Origin: Pirellulales bacterium | Lineage (GTDB): Bacteria; Planctomycetota; Planctomycetia; Pirellulales; JADZDJ01 | Assembly: GCA_963738835.1 (NCBI GenBank) | Contig: CAVTYH010000001.1 | Span: 161,755-225,754 of the forward strand | Length of the DNA: 64,000 nucleotides | Reading direction: 5' to 3' | Shown here: one piece after another, positions 1 through 9,256 of the stretch | How the letters are laid out: each line of letters starts with the position of its first letter | Numbering within the stretch: position 1 is the stretch's first letter | The notes under the pieces: model-generated | What the model was told of the DNA's origin: nothing | The model's database searches: none | The model's input: only the letters and a program-made list of their open reading frames with translations | Translations under genes and position numbers: made by a program

Positions 1-98
1 GCGCCCGGCCCTAGGCGCTAGAAACGTGAGGTACAGTTGGTGGAACAGTTTTCGCAACCGTCCCAAAGCCCCAAGGCTTTCCAGTCTTTCCGAGGTGC

Positions 99-126
99 TT
101 GACAGCCGGTTGATGAGTGCTAACCT
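99..126 (+). promoter_or_regulatory. sigma70-type promoter of the Cys-rich protein gene
   Basis: TTGACA (99-104), 16-nt spacer, TGcTAACCT extended -10 (118-126). Confidence 0.55.
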
Positions 127-338
127 AGCGTCCTAGCCTAGCTATTCGCGTTTGTTTGCGTAATCGGTAAAGCTTAAACAGGGCTAACTAAGCCGTTTAA
201 GCCGACAGACGCGATCAGCATAGGACCTAGGATTTTGGTTCCTCGCTTGGCGGCCGTCCCAAGCGGGGGCAAACGTCGGACGGCACCGTTGTGAGTTTGT
301 TACGCCAAGGTACCTGTTTTTTGTTGGAGGATTCGAGG

Positions 339-725
339 ATGAACCGTACTTTAATTCTGGGCATCGCGATGTTCCTCGCGATCGTCGGCATCGCCCTTGT
401 GGGCGGTGAAAAGGTGGCCGTCGCCGGTCACGGCTGCCACGGTTGCTGCTGCGGCGGCGACTGCTGCGGTGGTGGTGGATGCTGTGGTGGCGACTGCTGC
501 TGCGGTGGATGCCATTGCCATGGTGGCTTGTTCCATCATCATCGTTGCCACGGCTGCTGCTGTGGTGGTTCGAGCTGCTGTGGTGGTTCGAGCTGCTGTG
601 GTGGTGAGGCCGCTCCGGCCGCCGGTGGCGACAAGGGCGCTGCCCCTCCGCCGCCAGCCCCCATGACGTCGATCCAGAGCGATCGCGCTCCGTTCGCGTT
701 CTCGACGGTTAGCTTCCGTCGATAG
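339..725 (+). CDS. secreted Cys/Gly/His-rich small protein
   Basis: GGAGG RBS upstream; N-terminal hydrophobic signal; 21 Cys in CC/CCC-GG repeats; Pro/Ala linker; followed by a terminator. Confidence 0.8.
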   Translation: MNRTLILGIAMFLAIVGIALVGGEKVAVAGHGCHGCCCGGDCCGGGGCCGGDCCCGGCHCHGGLFHHHRCHGCCCGGSSCCGGSSCCGGEAAPAAGGDKGAAPPPPAPMTSIQSDRAPFAFSTVSFRR

Positions 726-786
726 TTCTCGGCGAACTGGCCGGTGCATGCCCTGTGTGCCGGCCACGCCAATGAGATCATAAAGG

Positions 787-818
787 CCGGGTCCCGTTTG
801 TCGGGACCCGGTTTTTTT
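787..818 (+). terminator. intrinsic terminator
   Basis: CCGGGTCCCG/CGGGACCCGG 10-bp perfect stem followed by T7. Confidence 0.85.
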
Positions 819-1001
819 GTTGCGCGGGCAAAAACCACTCTGCCTACCGTCCGTTCCAGACATTTGGTGCATTCTTGCCGCCACCGGCCGTGGGCCTGGT
901 CGGTGTAACATCCTCCCGCCGGCCACGCTCTTTATCGTATACGGGCGAACGATGTGTTCGCCTGAAAACGATAACAGCTCCCATTTATGGAGGATTGCGT
1001 C

Positions 1002-1472
1002 ATGAAACGGTTTCATAAGATTGCTTTGTCGGTGGTGTTTGCTTTCGGTGTTGCACTGGTACTGGCTCCCTTGACCGCCGAAGCGAAGAGCAGCGGCTCG
1101 AAGGGCTCGTGCGGCAAGTCGTTCAACTGTTGCAAGAATTACTGCCAGAGCTATTGCGGCAGCTCGTGCTACAAGAACTACTGCTACGATTATTGCTGCC
1201 CCAGCTACTGCTACCCGACTTGTTGCTCGTCGTACTGCTGCCCGACCTACTGCGAACCCGTGGTCGTCGAGAAGGTGATTGTCGAACCCCAGGTGGTTTG
1301 CCAACCGACGTACTGCACGCCGACCTACTGCACTCCCACGTGCTACACCCCCAGCTACTGCTCGAACTATTGCTCCAACTACTGCTACCCGTTCTGCGAT
1401 TCTTGGAAGGGCTGCTTCCATAACAGTTGCGGCAGCAAGATGATTCACACCAACTTCAAGAAAAGCAAGTAG
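1002..1472 (+). CDS. secreted Cys/Tyr/Pro-rich repetitive protein
   Basis: GGAGG RBS; signal peptide ending AEA; 25 Cys and 17 Tyr in xYC/PTYC repeats. Confidence 0.8.
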   Translation: MKRFHKIALSVVFAFGVALVLAPLTAEAKSSGSKGSCGKSFNCCKNYCQSYCGSSCYKNYCYDYCCPSYCYPTCCSSYCCPTYCEPVVVEKVIVEPQVVCQPTYCTPTYCTPTCYTPSYCSNYCSNYCYPFCDSWKGCFHNSCGSKMIHTNFKKSK

Positions 1473-1660
1473 TCCGACGTTTAACGAGTCGTGTAACAAT
1501 CGTTCTTCGGCTGAATCCGCGAAATATCCCTGTGATGCGGTGGCCCGATAGAAACCATGTTCACACTCGATCTCTCGTTCGCTTTGACGCCGCTGCCGGA
1601 GGTTTTCTTTCGGCAGCGGCGATTTTGTTTTGTAATCGCGCTGTGAACGGGCGCTCGGCG

Positions 1661-1753
1661 AATGCAAAATGCAAAGTGAAGTAGGTAGAATGAAGGCAGC
1701 AGTTTTTGCCTTCAGTTGTTCGTTCTGCCGTCTGCCTTCTGCTTTCAGCCTTT
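1661..1753. repeat. short-period (7-nt) tandem-arm hairpin repeat
   Basis: AATGCAA units and GAAGGCAG on the left; CTGCCTT-like units on the right. Confidence 0.55.
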
Positions 1754-1757
1754 CCTC

Positions 1758-3644
1758 ATGGCCGATCTCATTGCCCAAGGCCCTGAATTCTCGCAGCGTT
1801 GGCGACGCAGTTTGCCGACCGACAAGTCGGTCACCGTCGGCCGCCAATCGGGAGTTTGGTCGACGCCCTGGGACGATCACATCTCGCGCCAGCATGTCCA
1901 GATAACTTGGAACGGCACACGACTGCTCGTCGAGAGAATGCCGGCGGCGCGCAATCCTGTGTTTGCCCACGGTAAGGCGGAAACCACTTTCAAGATCGCG
2001 CCGGGCGAACACTTCGTCATCGGCAACACCACGTTTACGCTCTCGAGCGAAAAGATGCAGGTAACGCTCGACGCCCCGCATCCCGATCGAGAGCAAATCT
2101 TCAGCGCGGCCGAATTGCAGCAGGTCTCGTTTCGCAATGCTCATCAGCGCATCGAGCTGTTGAGCCGCTTGCCGGAAGTCATCAAAAATGCGGCCAGCGA
2201 AAACGAATTGTTCGTGCGGCTGGTCAACTTGCTGCTGGCCGGCGTGCCACAGGCCGATGCCGCGGCCCTCGTGGCGGTCGATATTAGCAGTGGGTGGCTG
2301 GGGTCGAGTGCCGCCGAGCCCCCAGGTGTTGACTCGCTGGGGGCTCCCGTTGGTCGACCCCAGCCACCCGACGATGCTATTTCTGCTTCCAACCCCAGCC
2401 ACGCAGCCACTACCCCGTCCGTTCGTGTCCTGCATTGGGATCGCCGCCGTCTGGCCGGAACCGCATTTCAGCCTAGCCAGCGTTTGATCCAGCAAAGCCT
2501 CGCCAAGCACGAAACCGTGCTGCACACCTGGACCGGTTCGCAGGCTAAAGATTACACCGAATCGGAAAGCATCGATTGGGCCTACTGCACGCCGCTGCCC
2601 GGCGATGCTTGCCGCGGCTGGGCGCTGTACGTGGCGGGCCGATTCGGTTTCAGCGCCGGGCGATTCAGGACATTCCGACGCTTCCGATTTGCGCGACGAC
2701 ATTAAGTTCACCGAAATGGCCGCCGCCACGCTCAGCAGCTTGCGCGAGCTGAATCGACTTGGCCGCCAGCAGGCCGGCCTCAGCCAGTTCTTTGCTCCCA
2801 TCGTGATGGAAGCGCTGGCCACGGACGATCCCGAGCGGGTTCTGGCGCGCGCGAAACCGAAGTCGCCGTGCTGTTTTGCGACCTCCGCGGTTTCTCGCGC
2901 ACCAGCGAACGCAGCGCCAGCGATTTGCTGGGCCTCTTGGAACGCGTCAGCAAAGCGCTCGGCGTGATGACGCACCAGATTCTCGATCACGGCGGCGTGG
3001 TGGGTGATTTTCAAGGCGACGCCGCCATGGGCTTCTGGGGTTGGCCGCTGCCGCAGAGCGATGCTTCGTACCGGGCCGCCCAGGCCGCGCTGGGCATTCG
3101 CGCCCAGTTCGAAGCGGCAGCCATGCAGCCCGAGCATCCGCTGGCCGATTTCCGCGTCGGCATTGGCGTTGCCACCGGTCGTGCCGTCGCCGGCAAAATT
3201 GGCACTGCCGATCACGTGAAAGTCACCGTGTTCGGTCCGGTCGTGAATCTGGCGGCGCGGCTGGAATCGATGACCCGCTTTGTGAACGCTTCGATTTTGC
3301 TCGATCCCGCCACGGCCAAAATTTTGCGCCAGCGGATGCCGCCGGAGTTGGGCCGCCTTCGCCGAGTGGCCATCGTGCGGCCTTACGGATTGAAATCGGC
3401 CGTGGAAATCAGCGAGCTCTTGCCACCGCAGCACGAATACTCTGAACTGACCGACGAAAACCTGCGCGATTACGAAGCCGCCCTCGATGCGTTCATCGCC
3501 GGCCAGTGGTCGCAAACTCTCGACCTCTTGCACCGCGTGCCCGCCGAAGACCGCGTGAAAGATTTCCTGACCGTTTTCATCGCCCAACACCACCGCACCC
3601 CGCCCGCCAACTGGGACGGCGTGGTGGTGCTGGAATCGAAGTGA
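1758..3644 (+). CDS. FHA + GAF-like + class III adenylate/guanylate cyclase, split by two frameshifts (near 2650 and 2850)
   Basis: FHA motifs VGR and ISRQH; cyclase motifs LFCDLRGFS, FQGDAAM, FGPVVNLAARLE; ORFs 1716-2705, 2605-2967 and 2868-3644 join. Confidence 0.85.
2292..2369. repeat. 78-bp palindromic element in-frame inside the cyclase gene
   Basis: 16-bp perfect outer inverted repeat GGGTGGCTGGGGTCGA/TCGACCCCAGCCACCC plus 10-bp inner GAGCCCCCAG/CTGGGGGCTC. Confidence 0.85.
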
Positions 3645-3649
3645 CATCG

Positions 3650-3737
3650 GGTCCGTTGTCCGTGGTCCGTAGTCCGTTGCAGTCAAGAACAGGCCGTCTC
3701 TCGTCAACAACTGACAACGGACCACGGACCACGGACA
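3650..3737. repeat. heptamer tandem-arm hairpin repeat
   Basis: (GTCCGTN)x4 then the complementary ACAACTG ACAACGG ACCACGG ACCACGG AC. Confidence 0.8.
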
Positions 3738-3744
3738 CGCGTCA

Positions 3745-4250
3745 ACAGACGCGCACGCACAAAAATAAAAATCGAGGCGGCGATGTTTGGAAAACGAGTC
3801 TGGAAAACTAGGCATTTTCGCAAAACATCGCCGCCTCATTGCCGCTTTGTAAATTGCAAGTCGATTGCACATTGTCATTTCTCTCGTAATTTCCCGAGCC
3901 GATTTGTACGAGCGCTGTGCCTGCCCGAGGCGACATACCCGGCCGCGAAACTCGGGAGGTCTCGCTTGTCTTGCGAGTCCTGAAGTGCAAGCTCTCTTGG
4001 CAATTCCCAGTGCCGCTCGGCAAGCGGCACCTACCGTTTGCCGAGTTTGCAATCGCCTTCTTGCATCATCGCGACCGCGGACAGACGCACGCAGCGAAAA
4101 AAGTCCGAAATCGAGGGTAAAGTGTTGGAAGAAAAAGCCTGGAAAATAAGGCGAATTTTCAAAACACTTTACCCTGACTTTACCCGCGCCAGATGCAAGT
4201 CGATTGCAAAATAATTCTTTGCTCGTAAATTTCCGCGTCGGCTTGCATCG
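3745..4250. repeat. two degenerate copies of a structured ~140-165 bp unit, offset 339 bp
   Basis: shared AAATCGAGG, CTGGAAAA, CAAAACA, TGCAAGTCGATTGCA and CTCGTAA at identical spacing; 15-bp and 13-bp perfect stems. Confidence 0.85.
4010..4045 (-). repeat. GTAG-type REP-like hairpin
   Basis: minus strand reads GGTAGGTGCCGCT-TGCCG-AGCGGCAC. Confidence 0.6.
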
Positions 4251-4511
4251 GTCGATTGCCTCTCCGATGTCAAAGATCGCTTCGGGCTGCCGACCGTACC
4301 TGCCTGCAGAACCCGTCGCAGTTCCAGTCGAAGATTATAGTGTACATAGGTATCAATTTTCAACCGGCGTTTTGGGCCAACCCAATTTTTAACCGCAGAG
4401 TGCGCAGAGAGGCAATCCGGCAAATCAGACGTTTGCAAAGCGACCGACGAAAGTTCGCCGGCTTCTATCCCGGAGGGATGTCAGCGCGGCACACAAGATT
4501 TAATCGTTCGT

Positions 4512-5696
4512 TCAGGGCAATTGGAAAGCTAGATTGCCGCTCGCATCCCAGGTTTCAATCGCGCATTTGGTCAGCGATTTGCGGAGTTGGACCGCCGCCG
4601 CCTCGGAAATGTGCGGTCCGACGCTAAGAGATTCCAAATTCACCAGCGGAGTTAGTTTCAGCAGACCTGCATCGGTGACAGGCGTGGCATGAATATCGAG
4701 GCGGCGCAGCGACTTGATTTTGGCCACCTCCTGGATATCGGCATCAGAGATTACCGAATTGTTCAATATGAGAATTTGGAGATTGGTTAGCGCCGCCAGA
4801 GCAGACAAGTTTCGGTCGCCGTTGCCTACGACTTGGAGTTGAAGTGTCTTCAAGTTTTTCAACGTGGCTACATGTCCCAGTCCAGCGGGCGAAATCGGCG
4901 ACGCACCCAACGCCAAATAACGCAGCTTGGCGAGACCACTCAAGTATTCAAGTCCATCGTCATTGGCGATGATGTCTGGAAGTTGCAACTCCTCCAGGTT
5001 TGTCAACCGTGACAGGTGCCTGAGGCCGTCGGTGTCGATCGTTGGACCTGCTACAAAAAAAAGTCGCTTCAGGTTTGAATTTCCCGAAATGTGTTTCAGA
5101 CCGTCGGCCGTGATGTTAGTTCGGATAATTTGCAGATATTGCAGAGCGGGCAACTTACCGAGCGATTGCAGTGTGGCGTCTGAAACGGTTGCGCCCGACA
5201 AGATCAACACGGCCAGATCTGGATTTGAATTGAAATAAGCCAGTCCTTCCGCGGTTACGCTCGTGTCTTGGAGGGCCAAAGAGTGGAGCTTTTGAATACC
5301 GGCGAGTTTCGCCGCACCGGCGTCGGTGATCCCGCGCCCACTTATAGCGACATCCTGTAATTTGGGCAGTTCGAGAAGCTGAGCTAAATCGCGGTCGGTC
5401 ATCGTGCTGGAGGCATAGCCGTTCACAGCCGCCACCGACGAAAATGCATCGTCGCCAATAATCCAGCGCAGCGGTTTCCACCCATAAGGCGATCGATCGG
5501 CAGCAGACTTGCCTTCAGCAATTTGCCAATCGTAGTAAATGGTGCAGCCCAGCGCCTGAAGCTGCGCTACGATCTGTCGTTGGTGATGAATTCGAACCAG
5601 CGTGCTCGTCAGCCAGCCGAAAAACACGCCAAGAATGGCCGTGGCGATCAGCAAAGTTCGCAATTTGAAACGTGGCCGCCAGTTCATAGCAAACAT
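4512..5696 (-). CDS. membrane-anchored leucine-rich-repeat protein, planctomycete type
   Basis: N-terminal RFKLRTLL + TM helix; repeated 24-aa LxxLxLxxTxvTDaGL units. Confidence 0.85.
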   Translation of the reverse strand: MFAMNWRPRFKLRTLLIATAILGVFFGWLTSTLVRIHHQRQIVAQLQALGCTIYYDWQIAEGKSAADRSPYGWKPLRWIIGDDAFSSVAAVNGYASSTMTDRDLAQLLELPKLQDVAISGRGITDAGAAKLAGIQKLHSLALQDTSVTAEGLAYFNSNPDLAVLILSGATVSDATLQSLGKLPALQYLQIIRTNITADGLKHISGNSNLKRLFFVAGPTIDTDGLRHLSRLTNLEELQLPDIIANDDGLEYLSGLAKLRYLALGASPISPAGLGHVATLKNLKTLQLQVVGNGDRNLSALAALTNLQILILNNSVISDADIQEVAKIKSLRRLDIHATPVTDAGLLKLTPLVNLESLSVGPHISEAAAVQLRKSLTKCAIETWDASGNLAFQLP

Positions 5697-5765
5697 TCTA
5701 ACCCACGCACCAACAGTAAACGATGCAGAAGGCTATCGGCGGGTGGCATGCCCACGGCACGCAGC

Positions 5766-5806
5766 GTAGCCCAGTCTCTCCGAGACTGGCAAGCGAGTTT
5801 CGGAGC
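5766..5806. repeat. GTAG REP-like element, CAGTCTCTCCGAGACTG family
   Basis: GTAGCCCAGTCTCTCCGAGACTGG; related copies at 18181 and 18586. Confidence 0.7.
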
Positions 5807-5879
5807 GATTCGCGCACAGTATCCAGGTCTCGGATCGAAAACCGCGGTTGGGCGATGATCAGTTAAATACTGTCACGGG

Positions 5880-7184
5880 TCAATGAGCGGCATTTGTTTC
5901 CAGCCCGGCCCGTTCGACAACGGCCGTGTTGTTGGCCTTGTCTGTTTCGGCGACGGTGTTCATCAAGTCGACAGCCACGAACAACCGGGTGAAGGGGGTC
6001 GATCGACCATCGGCCCCGTCCATCTTCAAAGCCGCTTGCGGCAACCGCAGGGTGACTTCTCCTGATTGGCCGGCGGCCAGCGATTTCACCTCGACCACCC
6101 CCCGCGGTGCATCGGCAGATAACTTGTCATCGATACCCGCCAGCACGCCCACTTGGAATCTAGCTGCGGCGTCGGTGCCTTGGTTACGGAACTTCACGGT
6201 GTAAGCAGGTCCAGCCACCAACGTGGCGGGGGACGCCAGTTGAATGTCTTCCAGCACCAGATCGGCGGCGCTGGCGATAACCGGTTTTGCAGTGGTGGTT
6301 ACTATGGAGTTAGTCGCTGGGATCGGTCCTGTACTGCCGACGGTCGGGTCGCCCATGCCAACCACCGGTACGCTGCTGGACGTGATCACTTGCCCGGATG
6401 GAAATTGATTGATTGGCCCGTTATTGATTCGCCCAGTAATAATAGGCACTGTGCCGCCACCAGAGGTTTTCCCACTTCCGCCGGTGCCGCCTGCGTTGCC
6501 GGCCGTGGCGGCCTTGAGGTCCGCATCGGCCTTGTCCTTGGCGGCCGTGGAAGCGTTAACTTTCGCGATGGCGGCGTTGTTACTGGCATTGTATAGACCA
6601 ACCCCTACACCAGCGTTTTCGACCGCCTTTTGCGCGCTCTGGACGGCCGCCAAATTTTCGGGGGTCGGGGATTTCGCATATGCAGTACTCGCGGCATCGG
6701 ATTTAGCAAACGCCTGGTCATACTTCGCTTGCGCGCTTCCGACTTGCCCCCGGGCGACCGACGCGGCGTTCTGGGCGTCAACGTAGGCCTTGTCGGCGGC
6801 GGCCTTGGCCGCCTGGGCGTCCATCACAGCCTTGGAGTCGACCTTCTTGTCCGCTTTCTTGGAGACACCTTTGTCGTTATTGAGCTTTTGCAGAGGCGTA
6901 TCCGTTTTCTTGGACAGGCCTTCCTTTAATCCCGCGGTCGGGTTGAGAGGCGCCGGGTCAACTTTCACTGGTTTGTCTTGGTGCTTATCTTGTTTGTCGT
7001 TTTGTTTGTCTTGGTGCTTGTCCTGACCGCTCGTTTGACTATTGCCCTGATTGTTCCCTTGATTGTTGCTTCCTCGGTTGTTGCTTTGATTGTTGTTGCC
7101 TTGGTGCTTCGGATCTGCTTGAGTCGAGCCGCCAATCACCAGAGCTAGACCGAGCGCGCCGACCATCCACGTAAACCGTTGCAT
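5880..7184 (-). CDS. secreted protein with low-complexity N-terminus and C-terminal CARDB-like Ig domain
   Basis: signal MQRFTWMVG..TQA; N/Q-rich and Ala-rich regions; ADLVL..VKFRNQG..AVDLMNTVAETDKANN. Confidence 0.75.
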   Translation of the reverse strand: MQRFTWMVGALGLALVIGGSTQADPKHQGNNNQSNNRGSNNQGNNQGNSQTSGQDKHQDKQNDKQDKHQDKPVKVDPAPLNPTAGLKEGLSKKTDTPLQKLNNDKGVSKKADKKVDSKAVMDAQAAKAAADKAYVDAQNAASVARGQVGSAQAKYDQAFAKSDAASTAYAKSPTPENLAAVQSAQKAVENAGVGVGLYNASNNAAIAKVNASTAAKDKADADLKAATAGNAGGTGGSGKTSGGGTVPIITGRINNGPINQFPSGQVITSSSVPVVGMGDPTVGSTGPIPATNSIVTTTAKPVIASAADLVLEDIQLASPATLVAGPAYTVKFRNQGTDAAARFQVGVLAGIDDKLSADAPRGVVEVKSLAAGQSGEVTLRLPQAALKMDGADGRSTPFTRLFVAVDLMNTVAETDKANNTAVVERAGLETNAAH

Positions 7185-7446
7185 GGGAACTCCCTTTGCT
7201 GCGTGGCAGCGTTTGGTTGAAGTGGGATGGTCAGATTTGATTAGGTGACTGTCCCGGAAAGAGAGAAGAAGCGCGGGAACAGTCAGGAAAGGAAAACGGC
7301 CATCCGGCCATATGAGCAAGCTCGATTGTATGAGCGTGTCGATCGAAGTCAATGAGTTGCGAATCGCTCTGCGGCGGGGACCAATTCCAACCACTTGGTC
7401 GGTGTCCGTTTCTGACACTTGTGCAGTCAATCTTTCGCTACTCGTT

Positions 7447-7893
7447 CTACTTTGTAGGCGGTCCGGCGACGGTCCAACGGATGACGTAGTAAATCGCTGG
7501 CGTGTCGCCGATGTTTTTGACGCCATGCGGGTCGCCGCTAGCTGCGAAAATCACGGAACCCGGGCCGACGCGTTGCGGCTGGCCGTCGACTTGGGTTTCG
7601 ACGGTGCCTTCTTTGACGATCACCAACTCTTCATCCACTTGCGGACGCGGCGGGTGCGTGGCGTCGCCGGGGTTGACGGTCGAGATGTGGCACTCGAGCA
7701 TTGCGAGCATTGCGGTGCGGCCATCGAACAGTTGTCGCTTCGAGCCGTACTTGGCGGTTTGCGCTTCAATTTTATTCACGTCGAAGACGGCCGACTTGAT
7801 AACGGGCTTGGCAGGCGTCTGCGCCCAGGCGACAGCCGCCAAGGTCGTGAGCGCGGCGGCGGAAGCAATGGCCAATTCTCGGCGAGTAAACAT
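7447..7893 (-). CDS. exported cupin-domain protein
   Basis: TRRE Tat-like signal; THPP..EELVIVKEG and PHGVKN cupin motifs. Confidence 0.8.
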   Translation of the reverse strand: MFTRRELAIASAAALTTLAAVAWAQTPAKPVIKSAVFDVNKIEAQTAKYGSKRQLFDGRTAMLAMLECHISTVNPGDATHPPRPQVDEELVIVKEGTVETQVDGQPQRVGPGSVIFAASGDPHGVKNIGDTPAIYYVIRWTVAGPPTK

Positions 7894-7941
7894 TGCTACT
7901 TTCTCCCTTCAGGTCTTACATGAGTTGAAAACTGTTTCAGA

Positions 7942-7977
7942 CCCCTCACCCCAGCCCTCTCTCAAAGGGCGAGGGAG
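7942..7977. repeat. CCCTCACCCC..CTCTC..GAGGG palindromic repeat
   Basis: near-identical copy at 21575-21610. Confidence 0.75.
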
Positions 7978-7996
7978 CATGTATTGAAACAGCTTC

Positions 7997-8221
7997 TTAG
8001 CCCACCAGCCAGTGGTAAACAACGTACAAACACAGCGCCGTGCCGATGATGATCAGCCACGATTTGCGGGCCGGCCGGACGTCTTCGTCGGAGAGATACT
8101 CTTCGCAATGTGGGCAGCGCTCGGCGTCTTCGTAAATTTCAGCGCCGCAGTGCGGACAGGGGAGGGTCGGTACCGTGGAGTCGCCGAATTCGTCAAAATC
8201 AACGTCGTCGCTGGCCGGCAT
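7997..8221 (-). CDS. small zinc-ribbon membrane protein
   Basis: CPHC-x10-CPHC, acidic N-terminus, C-terminal TM helix. Confidence 0.75.
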   Translation of the reverse strand: MPASDDVDFDEFGDSTVPTLPCPHCGAEIYEDAERCPHCEEYLSDEDVRPARKSWLIIIGTALCLYVVYHWLVG

Positions 8222-8224
8222 TTT

Positions 8225-8500
8225 TCACCACGGAAACACAGAGATCACGGGAGCCAGAACACAGAGATCACGGGAGCCAGAGCAGGTGAAGGGCAATTGA
8301 GCAAAAATCTTTTTGATTGGGAAGAGGGAATCAAAACTCGCGCAGAGACAGAGACGCTGAGAAGCGCAGAGATGCAGGCCAAGATCACCCCAAGTCGCAA
8401 AGGCACGAAGAGAAAAAGAGAATTTTGATTTCTCTGCGCCTTTGCGTCTTAGCGTGAAATCAATATGCAAGCTCCGCGCACTCTGCGTCTCTGCGCGAAC
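8225..8500. repeat. cluster of 8-9-nt-period repeats, including a perfect 23-bp tandem duplication
   Basis: AACACAGAGATCACGGGAGCCAG x2 (8235-8280); CGCAGAGA and complementary TCTCTGCG arrays. Confidence 0.75.
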
Positions 8501-8539
8501 AATTTGCCGAGTGCGGATTCCAGATTGTTTGCCAGCTTG

Positions 8540-8595
8540 GTGCAGCGGCCGGGCTCGGCCCGGTGCTGAGCGCGGAGCAAGCTCCGCCGCTACAC
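8540..8595 (-). repeat. GTAG REP doublet
   Basis: reverse complement of the element at 10187-10242. Confidence 0.75.
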
Positions 8596-8622
8596 GGATG
8601 TGGTTTGCACTCTAGCCGCTGG

Positions 8623-9219
8623 CTACCGGCCACCACGCGGCGGCATTGGCGGCAGGCCGCGTTGTTTGCGGCGGTCGTCGATGAGCCGGGTGTATTCGGC
8701 ACGTTTGGCGCACGATTCCGGCGTGCCGCGATCGAGTCGGCTGCGCAGGCGGCTCAAACGCTGCTCGTCGTTCACCGCGGGTTGGCGGTTCCCCTTCTTT
8801 CCGCCGTTTTGGGCGCCCGGCGGCGCTTTTCCACCGGCCCCGGCGGCTTGCTGGCGTTTGGCGAAATCGGCGGCCCGCTTATCCATCTGATCGATATCGG
8901 CATCGAGCGCCTTGTTACGTTCGGCCGGCGACATCGTCAAAATTTGGTCGACGTGTGATTCAAATCGCTTCTCGAACACCTCGCGGCCGGCTTCGAAGAC
9001 CGCGCGGCGTGCGTCGGGCGACAGCGATTCCATCTTGGCTCGCATTTGTTCGCGCAGCGCTTGGCGATCGGCGTCTTTCAAATTGGGGTCGGCCATTTTC
9101 TGTTGCAGTTGCTGCACTTCGGCGATGGCCGGATTGCTGGAGAACCAGCCCAAGAGCCACGCGGCGGCCAGCAACAGCGCGCTGAGCATGGTTCCAATGA
9201 CGATCACGCGTTTCCACAT
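8623..9219 (-). CDS. membrane-anchored helical hypothetical protein
   Basis: N-terminal TM, charged helical body, GGAG RBS. Confidence 0.7.
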   Translation of the reverse strand: MWKRVIVIGTMLSALLLAAAWLLGWFSSNPAIAEVQQLQQKMADPNLKDADRQALREQMRAKMESLSPDARRAVFEAGREVFEKRFESHVDQILTMSPAERNKALDADIDQMDKRAADFAKRQQAAGAGGKAPPGAQNGGKKGNRQPAVNDEQRLSRLRSRLDRGTPESCAKRAEYTRLIDDRRKQRGLPPMPPRGGR

Positions 9220-9256
9220 GTTGGATCACTCCTTGCCCGGTGATTCAAAATCTGGT

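Noticed and set aside
339-1472. Cys-rich ORFs as RiPP precursors
   Set aside because: They have Sec-type signals, and no radical SAM, YcaO, LanM or transporter gene is nearby in the window.
351-4052. 1233-aa minus-strand ORF
   Set aside because: Antisense shadow. The real plus-strand ORFs (291, 987, 1716, 2868) all share one frame, which keeps the codon-aligned reverse frame open in GC-rich DNA. It has no recognisable motifs.
3745-4250. CRISPR or other guide array
   Set aside because: Only two long degenerate units, no regular repeat-spacer period and no cas genes. Kept as a structured-repeat finding instead.
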